Assembly: GCA_028715295.1 (NCBI GenBank)
Contig: JAQUSD010000002.1
Location: forward strand, 3,385 to 67,384
Length of the DNA: 64,000 nucleotides
DNA from: Candidatus Nanoarchaeia archaeon
Lineage (GTDB): Archaea; Nanobdellota; Nanobdellia; JAQUSD01
Direction: 5' to 3'
Under the pieces are notes generated by a model, which saw only the letters and a list, made by a program, of their open reading frames with translations, had not been told where the DNA came from and made no database searches. Numbering within the stretch: the stretch's first letter is position 1; every line of letters starts with the position of its first letter. Of the stretch, positions 20,297 through 28,876 are shown piece after piece. Both the position numbers and the translations under genes were made by a program.

Positions 20297-20303
20297 TTAA
20301 AAA

Positions 20304-20498
20304 ATGATAATACCAATGAGATGTTTTACATGCGGAAAACCAGTTTCCCATCTTTGGGAAAAATACGTTGAAAAAGTTGAAAAAGGTGAGGAGAGAAAAA
20401 AAGTTCTTGATGAATTGGGACTTAACAGATACTGTTGCAGAATGCTTTTCCTCGGACATATTGAACTTGATGAAGTTTCTCAGTTCAAAAATATATAA
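20304..20498 (+). CDS. rpoN: RNA polymerase subunit N (Rpo10)
   Basis: PMRCFTCG...RYCCR. Confidence 0.97.
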   Translation: MIIPMRCFTCGKPVSHLWEKYVEKVEKGEERKKVLDELGLNRYCCRMLFLGHIELDEVSQFKNI

Positions 20499-20586
20499 AT
20501 TCAGCAGTATAACATTTCCCGAACTGATTTAGCGCTTATTTTCCTAATAGAAAACTATAAAAATACCGACATTAATATAATTATTC

Positions 20587-20625
20587 ACCGGAGGGAAGAA
20601 GGGGAAACCCTTCAATTTTATTTTT
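20587..20625 (+). ncRNA. Candidate tiny RNA: GAAGGG-GAAA-CCCTTC hairpin plus T-tract
   Basis: TATAAAAA at 20556-20563; 6-bp stem with GNRA loop at 20598-20613; long T-rich run after it. Confidence 0.3.
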
Positions 20626-20729
20626 TGTTGTTTTATTTTTTTAGGGTTTTTAGGGATTTTTAAAATTAAAAAATAAACAAAGCTAATCACAATATTTATA
20701 AATCAACTTGTCTTCAACAGAAATTACAT

Positions 20730-20803
20730 GGGGTTGTAGTCTAACTTGGTTAGGATCCGGGGTTTGGGACCCTGAGATCCCGGTTCAAATCCGGGCAACC
20801 CCA
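20730..20803 (+). tRNA. tRNA-Pro (TGG), CCA not encoded
   Basis: Acceptor stem GGGGTTG/CAACCCC, anticodon loop TTTGGGA, T-arm GGTTCAAATCC; TTTATAAA promoter. Confidence 0.96.
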
Positions 20804-20846
20804 TTTATTGCAAACATATATAAATATACATGGAGTGGTTTCAAAA

Positions 20847-21071
20847 ATGACTAATGCAGTAAAAAAAACAAAGAAAAGTTCAGCAAAAAGATACGGTGCG
20901 AGATACGGAATAAAGTTAAGAAAAAGAGTAAATGAAATTGAAAGATTACAGAAATCAAAACATAATTGTCCTAAATGCAGAAAGTCCTCAGTTAAGAGAA
21001 TCAGTGTTGGACTTTATGAATGCAGAAAATGCAGTGTTAAATTTGCAGGAAAAGCATATCTGCCGGAGTGA
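20847..21071 (+). CDS. rpl37ae: 50S ribosomal protein L37ae
   Basis: RYGARYG, CPKC...CRKC zinc finger. Confidence 0.95.
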   Translation: MTNAVKKTKKSSAKRYGARYGIKLRKRVNEIERLQKSKHNCPKCRKSSVKRISVGLYECRKCSVKFAGKAYLPE

Positions 21072-21077
21072 TAAAAA

Positions 21078-21218
21078 ATGTCAGAATATAAATGCTTAAA
21101 TTGCGGAAGAGTGATTGAAAAAGAGGATATACTTCGCAGAGTTAGATGCGTATACTGTGGTTCTAAAATATTATTCAAGGAAAAACCAACCATAGTTAAA
21201 AAACTAAAGGCAAGATGA
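21078..21218 (+). CDS. rpoP: RNA polymerase subunit P (Rpo12); not in ORF track
   Basis: MSEYKCLNCG...VRCVYCGSKILFK; follows rpl37ae. Confidence 0.93.
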   Translation: MSEYKCLNCGRVIEKEDILRRVRCVYCGSKILFKEKPTIVKKLKAR

Positions 21219-21454
21219 AATTTTCAATTGGAACAATAATTGAATTTGAAAACAAAGGTGAAGCTGAAAGATATTACCAATGCCTTTATCCGGAAATATC
21301 TGATATAAAAAAGGGAAAGGCAAAGATAAGACTTGACAAAGAAAAACTTAAAATAGAGATAAAGGCAGAAGAAATAACAACAGCCAAAGCCCTTATAAGT
21401 TCACAGCTACGCTTGATTGAAGCAGTAAAAAAAACAGAGAAGATGATAGAATGA
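21215..21454 (+). CDS. pcc1: KEOPS subunit Pcc1
   Basis: Size, LYPE...IKAEE...KALISS.LRLI pattern and position between rpoP and pfdB. Confidence 0.75.
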   Translation: MKFSIGTIIEFENKGEAERYYQCLYPEISDIKKGKAKIRLDKEKLKIEIKAEEITTAKALISSQLRLIEAVKKTEKMIE

Positions 21455-21774
21455 AAGATGATAAAGAAAAAAATACAATCATGCAGTTCCAGCAGACTCA
21501 GCAACAGGTACAAATTCTTATGATGCAGAAACAGAACTTACAGATTCAGCTTAATGAGGTAGAAAATGCTTTAGAAGAAATCTCAAAAAGCGAAGGTAGT
21601 GAAGTTTATCAGATGGTTGGAACTATAATGATAAAAAAAGATATTGAAAAAATAAAAAAAGAACTTGATGAAAAAAAAGAGACTGTGGCTCTAAGAGTTT
21701 CGGTAGTTGACAAACAGATAGAAAAATTCAATACAAAACTTATTGAGCTTCAAAAATCCCTTAAAGGTGGTTAA
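21451..21774 (+). CDS. pfdB: Prefoldin beta subunit
   Basis: Coiled coils flanking VYQMVGTIMIK hairpin. Confidence 0.92.
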   Translation: MKDDKEKNTIMQFQQTQQQVQILMMQKQNLQIQLNEVENALEEISKSEGSEVYQMVGTIMIKKDIEKIKKELDEKKETVALRVSVVDKQIEKFNTKLIELQKSLKGG

Positions 21775-21775
21775 A

Positions 21776-22024
21776 ATGGCTTCTGAAAAGATTGATGAGG
21801 CAGTTGAAATTTTAGACGAGCTTTACAATGACAAAACAATACCTAAAAACATTAAAGCATTAATAACAAACGTGAAACAGGAACTGCAAAGCAACAAAGA
21901 TAAGGATATAAAAATTGATTCAGCACTTCTCATAATTGATTCTATTGCAAATGATACAAATCTTCCAGTTTATGCAAGGACACAGGTATGGAAAGCAGTT
22001 AGCATTCTTGAATCAGAAGAATGA
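21776..22024 (+). CDS. UPF0147 family protein
   Basis: DKTIPKNIK...DTNLPVYARTQVW. Confidence 0.85.
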   Translation: MASEKIDEAVEILDELYNDKTIPKNIKALITNVKQELQSNKDKDIKIDSALLIIDSIANDTNLPVYARTQVWKAVSILESEE

Positions 22025-22681
22025 TTTAAAGTAGTTTTTTACCTGGAAAAGATTTTCAAAAACATCTTTTGTATATGTTCTTGCTTTCAACGCACTTAAT
22101 TGTCCTGTTGTTACTGCTATGAATCTAATGCTCGCTTTTCTGCATGCAACAGCATCATATTCTGAATCACCAACATAAACAGCATCTTCCGGTGATGTGT
22201 AAAGTTTCCTGCATGCAAGAAGGATCATATCAGGACTTGGTTTTGCATGTTCAACTTCGTCTCTCCCTATTATTTTATGTATATATTTCTTTAGCATAGT
22301 TTTTTTTAGGAATGCGTCTATCTCTGCTCTTGATGAAGAAGATGCTACAGCAGTTTTAATTTCCATTTTATTAAGATATTTCAAAACTGACTTAGCGCCT
22401 CTTAATTTTTTAATATAACTCAAATTGTGTTTTATTAAATGTCTGTTTCTCAATTTTTCATATTTTTTATTATCTATGTTGCTGATCTCTGGGAAAACAT
22501 GTTCTTTTATTATTGTACGGTAATCCTTACCGAAACATCTGTAAATAACTCTGTCGTAACCTTTTGGTTTTTGATAACCCAATTCTTTAGAGATTTTTTC
22601 AATAACATATGTTGTCGCTCGTGAATGGGCCTCTATACTGTCTACAAGAGTGCCGTCCATATCAAATACAACTGCTTTCAT
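22013..22681 (-). CDS. HAD-superfamily hydrolase
   Basis: FDMDGT, KPSPD, VGDSEYD. Confidence 0.93.
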   Translation of the reverse strand: MKAVVFDMDGTLVDSIEAHSRATTYVIEKISKELGYQKPKGYDRVIYRCFGKDYRTIIKEHVFPEISNIDNKKYEKLRNRHLIKHNLSYIKKLRGAKSVLKYLNKMEIKTAVASSSSRAEIDAFLKKTMLKKYIHKIIGRDEVEHAKPSPDMILLACRKLYTSPEDAVYVGDSEYDAVACRKASIRFIAVTTGQLSALKARTYTKDVFENLFQVKNYFKSFF

Positions 22682-23562
22682 AAATACATCAATATTATTC
22701 CAAGTACAACAAGCATCACAACAGGAACGAATACATTAATGCCTCCTGTACTAAGAAGTTCAAGGCAGACTGCCTTTGATGATGTTGTTGTAAAAGGATT
22801 GAAAAAAGTAAATATGCATGACATTTTATTCTTAAGTGAAACATCAGCAGGAACTTTTAAAATATCAAGTATTGAATAAGCATTTACAAGCTCCCCAATT
22901 TCCAAAGAAGATATTCTAGGTGATATAAAATCAAGATATGCAGTTCTTGAATCAGTAAAGTTATATGAAAGCTGTTCCATAATTTTAACAGCAAAATAAG
23001 TGCTTTTTATATCCCCCACAAGAGGATCCTGAAAGGAAGCATAACCATTGTCTGATGCAAGACTTTTTTGGAGTGTTGACTCAATACTTTCTTTTGATGG
23101 AAGGGTTTCATTGAGATATTTGTAAATCATAACATAACTGTTAACCTGTTCAGGACCAAACCACCCTTTATTTGAATTTTGTTCATATACCAGATTTGCA
23201 TACCTTACAATCTGTTCTTTTCTTGAAAGAGTTATCCTGTTCATCTGATTTAGATTATAAAGTATTTCAAGAGCTTTTGACGTGCATATTAATTCTCTAC
23301 CCATGGTGTTATTTTCAGCGCATTTAAAATAGCCTTCTTCACTATATCTGCTGTTTGCAAATATTGCAAGAGATTCCTTATCAACAAGAAAACTCATGGA
23401 ATGTCTGTCAAGTGCATTTAATATATCTATTGATGTTTCAAGTCTTGGTTCATATTCTGAAAGAAAATCGTCGCTCCAGCCCCCTTTTTGTGCAAATCGT
23501 ACACCTACAAAAGGAAGCACTGCAAGGAAAATTATTATGCCCCCGATAAGCTTTGATTTCAT
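22678..23562 (-). CDS. Membrane-anchored extracellular helical protein
   Basis: N- and C-terminal hydrophobic helices; DNGY...DIKSTYFAV resembles prenyltransferase-type alpha/alpha repeats; several NxS/T sites. Confidence 0.55.
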   Translation of the reverse strand: MKSKLIGGIIIFLAVLPFVGVRFAQKGGWSDDFLSEYEPRLETSIDILNALDRHSMSFLVDKESLAIFANSRYSEEGYFKCAENNTMGRELICTSKALEILYNLNQMNRITLSRKEQIVRYANLVYEQNSNKGWFGPEQVNSYVMIYKYLNETLPSKESIESTLQKSLASDNGYASFQDPLVGDIKSTYFAVKIMEQLSYNFTDSRTAYLDFISPRISSLEIGELVNAYSILDILKVPADVSLKNKMSCIFTFFNPFTTTSSKAVCLELLSTGGINVFVPVVMLVVLGIILMYL

Positions 23563-23786
23563 AGTAATTTAACCTCAAACCCCAAATCCCTAAGTGAATT
23601 CATCAGTCTTAACCCTCTTGAAAGCCCGACATGGCTTGCAAACTCAATGCTGGACAGTATGCTTTTCATCCTTATTCTTGTTTCCTTCCCAAGAAGCTCA
23701 ACAGAGAGCAAATCATTTCCATCTATGTTTATGCTGATTTCTCCTCTTGCGCTCTTTAAGTGCATACCTGCCAGTTTTGCTAACAT
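23559..23786 (-). CDS. Hypothetical protein
   Basis: ATG abuts the upstream stop and the stop overlaps the next start. Confidence 0.65.
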   Translation of the reverse strand: MLAKLAGMHLKSARGEISINIDGNDLLSVELLGKETRIRMKSILSSIEFASHVGLSRGLRLMNSLRDLGFEVKLL

Positions 23787-24026
23787 TTACTTGCCTCTTT
23801 TTTTTCTTGTTGCTATTGTAAAGTCTGCATTTCCAGAAAGGGAAAGTTCAGTTTTTCCAAAGGTAAATTTGACGCCGTCAAGCTTGAAGCTTATGTTTGC
23901 CTCTCTTCCATTCATTATTTCCATAAAATCTTCTATTGTTTTCTGCTCTTTCTCAACTACGCCAGATATTATCCTTGAAATTTTTTCAATAATAACCTCT
24001 TCGTCTGATTTTTCTGATTTAGCCAA
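23787..24026 (-). CDS. Hypothetical protein
   Basis: TTG start after GGTGG SD; first gene of a four-gene operon. Confidence 0.6.
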   Translation of the reverse strand: MAKSEKSDEEVIIEKISRIISGVVEKEQKTIEDFMEIMNGREANISFKLDGVKFTFGKTELSLSGNADFTIATRKKRGK

Positions 24027-24128
24027 AATAACCACCTGATAAAGAATAAGACTGGATTTGTATTTATTACTTTTGTTTTTTAAATACATCTAAATAAGAA
24101 GGATACAAAATAATAAAAATAAAATGTT

Positions 24129-24329
24129 TTATTTGCCAAGTGCTTTTGCCATTGGTTTTATAGCTGCCAGTGCAAAGATAAGGGCATACCAATACCAGTC
24201 CAAACTAAGCAAAGGCATCCAAAGTTTTGCTATCATAAGACTAAAACCCGCAACACTTAACTTTACCAGTGCCATGTCTGTCCAATTCAGTTTCTTAACT
24301 TTTGAATTAGCCCACTTTAAAAAACTCAA
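24129..24329 (-). CDS. Small membrane protein
   Basis: GGAGGTGG SD, TTG start, two hydrophobic segments. Confidence 0.7.
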   Translation of the reverse strand: MSFLKWANSKVKKLNWTDMALVKLSVAGFSLMIAKLWMPLLSLDWYWYALIFALAAIKPMAKALGK

Positions 24330-24377
24330 CTAACATCCACCTCCAAGTATTAACATAAAATTCACATTATAAATAAA

Positions 24378-24572
24378 TTATGTTTTAGGTCCTGATTTAT
24401 TGATTGCATTAAGAACAAACTTCTCAAATGTAAGCCCTTCTGTTATTCTTTTTGCTGACTCTTTTGGGAACGCATAAGTTATTTTTTGTATTTGATTTTC
24501 ATAATCTCTTTTAAGCTGTGAAACATCAAGTCCGGCAGCCATGGCTTTCCTGTATAAGTCCATATCCAGCAT
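24378..24572 (-). CDS. Small hypothetical protein
   Basis: 64-aa ATG ORF in otherwise empty space. Confidence 0.5.
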   Translation of the reverse strand: MLDMDLYRKAMAAGLDVSQLKRDYENQIQKITYAFPKESAKRITEGLTFEKFVLNAINKSGPKT

Positions 24573-24677
24573 ATTGTAGTTTATTGTATTAACTAATAAA
24601 AAGGTTTCAATTTATTTCAGGCAACATACAAAAAGTATTTAAAGCATACAATAGTATGATAAAAACCTTAAAAAGAG

Positions 24678-25025
24678 ATGAATAAAATGGAAAATAACAA
24701 TATTGAGGACATAGGGATGGGTGACCCAATTATATTTGAAAATATGCTTGAGTCAGTCACTGCCAACAGCAATAAAAAAGAAAAAGCGGATAAGGGTGAT
24801 CTAAACAAAAGAATAGATGATGTTCTTTTAAACATTACACGTGAAGAAGCAGAGAATGCTGGATCTCTTCTAATTGCATATATAAAAGTTAACGGCACAA
24901 AATATGCATCAAATATACTCAAGGCAAAACCAACAGAGATTTTAACAACAGCAGGAAATTATGTGAACATTGAACATCATGTCACCTTGCTTGAAAAGTA
25001 TATCAAAACAAGAAGAAAAGCTTAA
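24678..25025 (+). CDS. Hypothetical protein
   Basis: 115-aa ORF with TTTAAA box upstream. Confidence 0.55.
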   Translation: MNKMENNNIEDIGMGDPIIFENMLESVTANSNKKEKADKGDLNKRIDDVLLNITREEAENAGSLLIAYIKVNGTKYASNILKAKPTEILTTAGNYVNIEHHVTLLEKYIKTRRKA

Positions 25026-25768
25026 TCTTTAAACTTAAATGTTAGGCATTTATGTATTATTTTTGATGCGTGCAGTGAAGTCAAATCAGGGGATTTGGAC
25101 ATCACTTCAACCATATCCACTGCAAATACATCTGTACTCTCAAATATTGATTTTAAAACCTCAATAATTTCAAAATGGGAATAGCCGTCGGGTTCTGGAT
25201 AATCCACTTCTGGCGCAAACACAGGGTCAAGAATATCAATGTCAATTGATAAATACCACTTTGATTTTGTTTTGAGAAACTCTTTAAGCTGTTCTTCATC
25301 ATAAGCGACTTTTAAATTATTATTTTTTATAAAATTAGCTTCTTCCTTTGAACAGGAGCGTATTCCAAAAAGAACAATATTTTCTTTTGGGAAAAAATCA
25401 AGAAGTCTTCTTAAAACTGTTGTATTGGACATTGCTACCCCAAAGGTGCCCGGATGCTGTTCTTTTAAGTCAGAATGGGCGTCAAACCATACCACTCCAA
25501 AATCAGTGCTGTTAAATGACTTAATAAATGAATATGTTGAAAGATGATTTTTTCCGATGAAGATATTGAATTTGTTTTTATTAGTACTAGGAATACTGTT
25601 AAAATCGCCGGCATCATGTATTCTAACACTTTTAAATAAGTCAAAATCCTCATCAATATCATAACCTTCAAGATTGTTCAAGGATTTTATAATATTCTCA
25701 TTTCTTCCAAGTCCGGTTATAACTGCTTGTGAATCTTCCAAAGTATAAACTGCACCCTCTACTTTCAT
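25022..25768 (-). CDS. Arginase/agmatinase family protein
   Basis: DAHSD and SIDID Mn-binding motifs, PEPDG, DMVE; start moved to ATG 25768. Confidence 0.85.
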   Translation of the reverse strand: MKVEGAVYTLEDSQAVITGLGRNENIIKSLNNLEGYDIDEDFDLFKSVRIHDAGDFNSIPSTNKNKFNIFIGKNHLSTYSFIKSFNSTDFGVVWFDAHSDLKEQHPGTFGVAMSNTTVLRRLLDFFPKENIVLFGIRSCSKEEANFIKNNNLKVAYDEEQLKEFLKTKSKWYLSIDIDILDPVFAPEVDYPEPDGYSHFEIIEVLKSIFESTDVFAVDMVEVMSKSPDLTSLHASKIIHKCLTFKFKD

Positions 25769-25808
25769 AAGAATATTAAGCAGAGTAATAGTGTTATAAA
25801 AGTTATGG

Positions 25809-26210
25809 TTAATCGTCCATGCCAGAGGCATTGTCAGGAAGTATCTCTCCTTTGTCAACCTTTACATAAGAAGGAGTAGCAACAACCCAGTTCTCATCCA
25901 CACCAATTAAAGAGCCTCCCATTGCTTCGCAGGTTTTCTTTATTTTTGCAATTGCCCTCCTAAGTTCACTGATGTCTTTTGTTTTAAGCTGATTTATTTT
26001 CATTAATGCAATTGTATGTCCTTCTCTTAAACCTGAGATTATTGATTTAATATCTGAAAAATCCTTAAGTATGTAATACTTAAACATTATATTTGCAGTT
26101 GCATCCCTTCCCATTTCAGGGGAAAGTTCAATAAAGTCACCTTTTTTAGTTGCAACATATGTAGTTTCTTCTTCATCAGAAAGGAATTTTTTTATTTTTC
26201 CAAAAACCAT
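25809..26210 (-). CDS. sepF: Cell division protein SepF
   Basis: DF.DI..I...LREG, ELRRAIAKIKKTC...GG....V...WVVATP. Confidence 0.88.
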   Translation of the reverse strand: MVFGKIKKFLSDEEETTYVATKKGDFIELSPEMGRDATANIMFKYYILKDFSDIKSIISGLREGHTIALMKINQLKTKDISELRRAIAKIKKTCEAMGGSLIGVDENWVVATPSYVKVDKGEILPDNASGMDD

Positions 26211-26283
26211 TTTAATAACCTCACCCGCTGTATCTAATCTTATTTTAACGGGTATAGTTTAATAAAGCTTTTTGTTGACTTTA

Positions 26284-26535
26284 TTAAACTACAACTTTTA
26301 TATTTGGAAAACCTTCTTTCAAATATTTCCAAATATGCGGGCAGAATTCTTTACCATTGTCATTGTTGTAAATAATCATCCCATCGCATCCGGGAATATC
26401 CATAAGTGGCCTGCAGTAATAAACGGGTTTTAATTCAGTTTCAAGATGTTTTATGCGTTTTGATGCAGGACATACCTTTATTTCAAAAGGTTTGTCGCCC
26501 AATGCCAAGGTTTCCAGTTTTTCTTTTGAGTTCAT
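26284..26535 (-). CDS. Small Cys-containing hypothetical protein
   Basis: 83-aa ORF with four spaced Cys and a CPH motif. Confidence 0.5.
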   Translation of the reverse strand: MNSKEKLETLALGDKPFEIKVCPASKRIKHLETELKPVYYCRPLMDIPGCDGMIIYNNDNGKEFCPHIWKYLKEGFPNIKVVV

Positions 26536-26628
26536 TATACTAAAATTAACAACAGAAACAGTTAAAAAACTTACAAAAAATGTTTTTTTCTTCATTTAAG
26601 AGAAGTATGTGTGTAGGCTAAACAAAAA

Positions 26629-26811
26629 TTATTTTCTTTTTACAGGTTTTTTAGATTTTTTAGAAAGCTTTTTTTTCAGCCTTACTCTTAACCCTTGTTT
26701 AGATGCTGAAAGTTTTTTGCACTTTTTAATCCCCATCTTTGTTTCATAAGACTGTCTGCATGTTTTTTTGTCAATATTGCATACACCCTTATTTAACTTT
26801 ACACATACCAT
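26629..26811 (-). CDS. Small Cys4, lysine-rich protein (60 aa)
   Basis: GGTGA SD then ATG; MVCVKLNKGVCNIDKKTCRQ...KKCKK plus a very basic tail. Confidence 0.65.
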   Translation of the reverse strand: MVCVKLNKGVCNIDKKTCRQSYETKMGIKKCKKLSASKQGLRVRLKKKLSKKSKKPVKRK

Positions 26812-26821
26812 AACATCACCT

Positions 26822-27036
26822 GCACACTGGACTCGGTTGAGAGACAAAACATCCGATAAATATCGTTTGCCCACAAACAACACATGGGATGTTGCATGCT
26901 ACTCTCAGACACATAAATTAACTTGTATTTGACATCACAATGGAAGGTGTAGTCCAGTCCCATCGTAATATTGGGCGTCAAGGTACAGAGGTTTTATTTG
27001 CCAGCTGTTTCAGAGCCAACCGAATTGTCCGTGACT
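26822..27036 (-). ncRNA. Candidate structured RNA (ncRNA or long 5' leader), family not recognised
   Basis: TATA box at 27059-27067; closing stem and several internal helices whose G-U pairs work only on the minus strand; higher GC than flanks. Confidence 0.6.
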
Positions 27037-27086
27037 AATTTTACATAGAAAATCTTTCATATATAAATGTTATTATAAAATTTAAA

Positions 27087-27196
27087 GGGCAGTTTGTTGC
27101 TTTCCCGCGCTTGCGCAGTACCGGCAACAACCCAAAAAGGCTTGATTACCGTGTTCGGAATGGGAACGGATATGCCCTTTTTGGTATGACCGCTGA
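27087..27196 (-). rRNA. rrf: 5S rRNA, stand-alone
   Basis: GCGGTCATA...CCGTTCCCATTCCGAACACGG..TCAAGCC...GTACTG...GGGAAA conserved blocks; TTTATAAA promoter at ~27217-27224. Confidence 0.92.
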
Positions 27197-27294
27197 AAAG
27201 AATAATCTAAAACGTATTTATAAAGGTTTTGATGCTATTGGTTTGTAAAAACAAATGATTTAAAAACCTGAAAATAAGCAGAAATAGAAGCAAA

Positions 27295-28656
27295 ATGGTA
27301 TTAGAAAATCTTGGTTCATCACTGAAAGATACAATACAGAAAGCAATAAGATATGCTGTTCTGGATAAAAACCAGATTAATGAGATTGTTAAAGACATAC
27401 AGCGTGCTCTTATCAGCGCTGATGTAGACATTAAATTAGTCTTTGAACTGACTAATAGAATTAAGAAAAAACTTCTTGAAGAAGATGTTCCCAAGGGCTT
27501 GTCAAAAAGAGAATATTTAGTTAAACTGCTTTATACTGAACTTGCAAATCTTTTAGGTGATGAAGGACACAAAATAAAAATTGAGAAAAAGCCTTTCAAA
27601 ATAATGCTGATTGGACTTTATGGCTCTGGAAAAACAACAACATGTTCAAAGCTTGCTAAGTTCTTTACAAAACGCGGATACAAAGTGTGCATGGCTGGAA
27701 CTGATACATGGCGTCCAGCTGCGCAGGAGCAGATTGAACAATTGGGAAAAGCAATAAAAGTTGACACTTTTATTGATAAAACTGCAAAGAAACCTGTTGA
27801 TGTTATTAAGAAACACAAAAAAGCAATTGAAAAATATGATGTAATAATTATAGATACTGCTGGAAGAAATGCACTTGATAAACAGCTTGAAAAAGAACTT
27901 AAAGAAGTTGATAAGGAGATAAAAAGCAATGAAAGGATTCTAGTTCTCTCAGGAGACATTGGGCAAAATGCTAAAATTCAGGCTGAAAACTTCCACAAAG
28001 CAGTTGGTGTTACAGGAGTTATTTTAACCAAAATGGACACAACTGCAAAAGGGGGCGGGGCATTGTCTGCCTGTGCAATAACAAAAACGCCTGTTAAATT
28101 CATAGGTGTTGGGGAAAAATCTGAAGCTCTTGAAGAATTTGAACCAAAAAGATTTGTTTCGAGAATGCTCGGCATGGGTGATATGGAAACTCTTCTTGAA
28201 AAAGTTAAGGAAGCTACTGAAGGAGATGAAAAAAAACTTGAGGAACTTGGCAGGAAAATGCTTAATGGAAAATTCAGCCTTCTTGACTTAAATGAACAGC
28301 TTAAAGCAATGAATAAGATGGGGCCTCTTTCAGGCATAATGAATCTTATACCTGGAATTGGGGGTATGAAAATACCAAAGGACGCCCTTAACATGCAGGA
28401 AGGCGAATTAAAGAAGTTTAATTATATTATGAACAGCATGACTCTTGAAGAATTAGAAGAGCCGGATGTTCTTACAAAAACAAGAATTGAAAGAATTGCA
28501 AAGGGTTCAGGAACAAGCGTTGCTGAAGTGAGAGAATTAATCAAGAAATACAGGCAGATGAAAAAAGTAATGAAGACTATGAGTGGCGGAAATCTAAAAA
28601 GAATGATGAAGAAAATGGGTATTAAAAACATGAAACAATTTGAGAATATGATGTGA
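27295..28656 (+). CDS. srp54: Signal recognition particle protein SRP54
   Basis: GLYGSGKTT, DTWRPAA, DTAGR, TKMD; Met-rich M domain with RIERIAKGSG. Confidence 0.98.
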   Translation: MVLENLGSSLKDTIQKAIRYAVLDKNQINEIVKDIQRALISADVDIKLVFELTNRIKKKLLEEDVPKGLSKREYLVKLLYTELANLLGDEGHKIKIEKKPFKIMLIGLYGSGKTTTCSKLAKFFTKRGYKVCMAGTDTWRPAAQEQIEQLGKAIKVDTFIDKTAKKPVDVIKKHKKAIEKYDVIIIDTAGRNALDKQLEKELKEVDKEIKSNERILVLSGDIGQNAKIQAENFHKAVGVTGVILTKMDTTAKGGGALSACAITKTPVKFIGVGEKSEALEEFEPKRFVSRMLGMGDMETLLEKVKEATEGDEKKLEELGRKMLNGKFSLLDLNEQLKAMNKMGPLSGIMNLIPGIGGMKIPKDALNMQEGELKKFNYIMNSMTLEELEEPDVLTKTRIERIAKGSGTSVAEVRELIKKYRQMKKVMKTMSGGNLKRMMKKMGIKNMKQFENMM

Positions 28657-28658
28657 TA

Positions 28659-28742
28659 ATGATGAGTAAATGTTCGAAATGCGGGAGGAAACTTTTGAAT
28701 GCGAAGCTTTCGAAAGTTGGAATGGATTGGAGTTGTGAATAA
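28659..28742 (+). pseudogene. Truncated copy of the adjacent mini zinc finger (27 aa)
   Basis: MMSKCSKCGRKL shares KCSKCG(R/K)K with the next ORF but has no second CxxC. Confidence 0.35.
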
Positions 28743-28744
28743 GT

Positions 28745-28876
28745 ATGGCTGATAAGTGTTCAAAATGTGGGAAGAAAATTGAAAAAACATTCTTAGATAA
28801 AATAGTAGGCACTTATGTCAAAGAAAAAGGAGAACTTAAGATTATATGTAGAGATTGCCAAAGAATTAAGAAATAA
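28745..28876 (+). CDS. Mini C4 zinc-finger protein (43 aa; not in ORF track)
   Basis: MADKCSKCGKKIEKTFLDKIVGTYVKEKGELKIICRDCQRIKK. Confidence 0.75.
   Translation: MADKCSKCGKKIEKTFLDKIVGTYVKEKGELKIICRDCQRIKK

Noticed and set aside
20584-20604. Origin recognition box (ORB)
   Set aside because: Only a loose resemblance, single copy, and no orc1/cdc6 gene in the window
26799-26981. 60-aa track ORF and the TTG extension of the 26629 ORF
   Set aside because: They overlap the structured RNA without an SD; the SD-supported start is ATG 26811
26825-27033. Terminal inverted repeats as a MITE
   Set aside because: Repeats are bulged, there is no target-site duplication, and strand-specific G-U pairs plus a TATA box favour an RNA
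26822-27036. Structured RNA as SRP RNA, RNase P RNA or hammerhead ribozyme
   Set aside because: No helix-8 CAGG/GNRA/AGCAG motif, no GAGGAAAGUCC and no CUGANGA core on either strand
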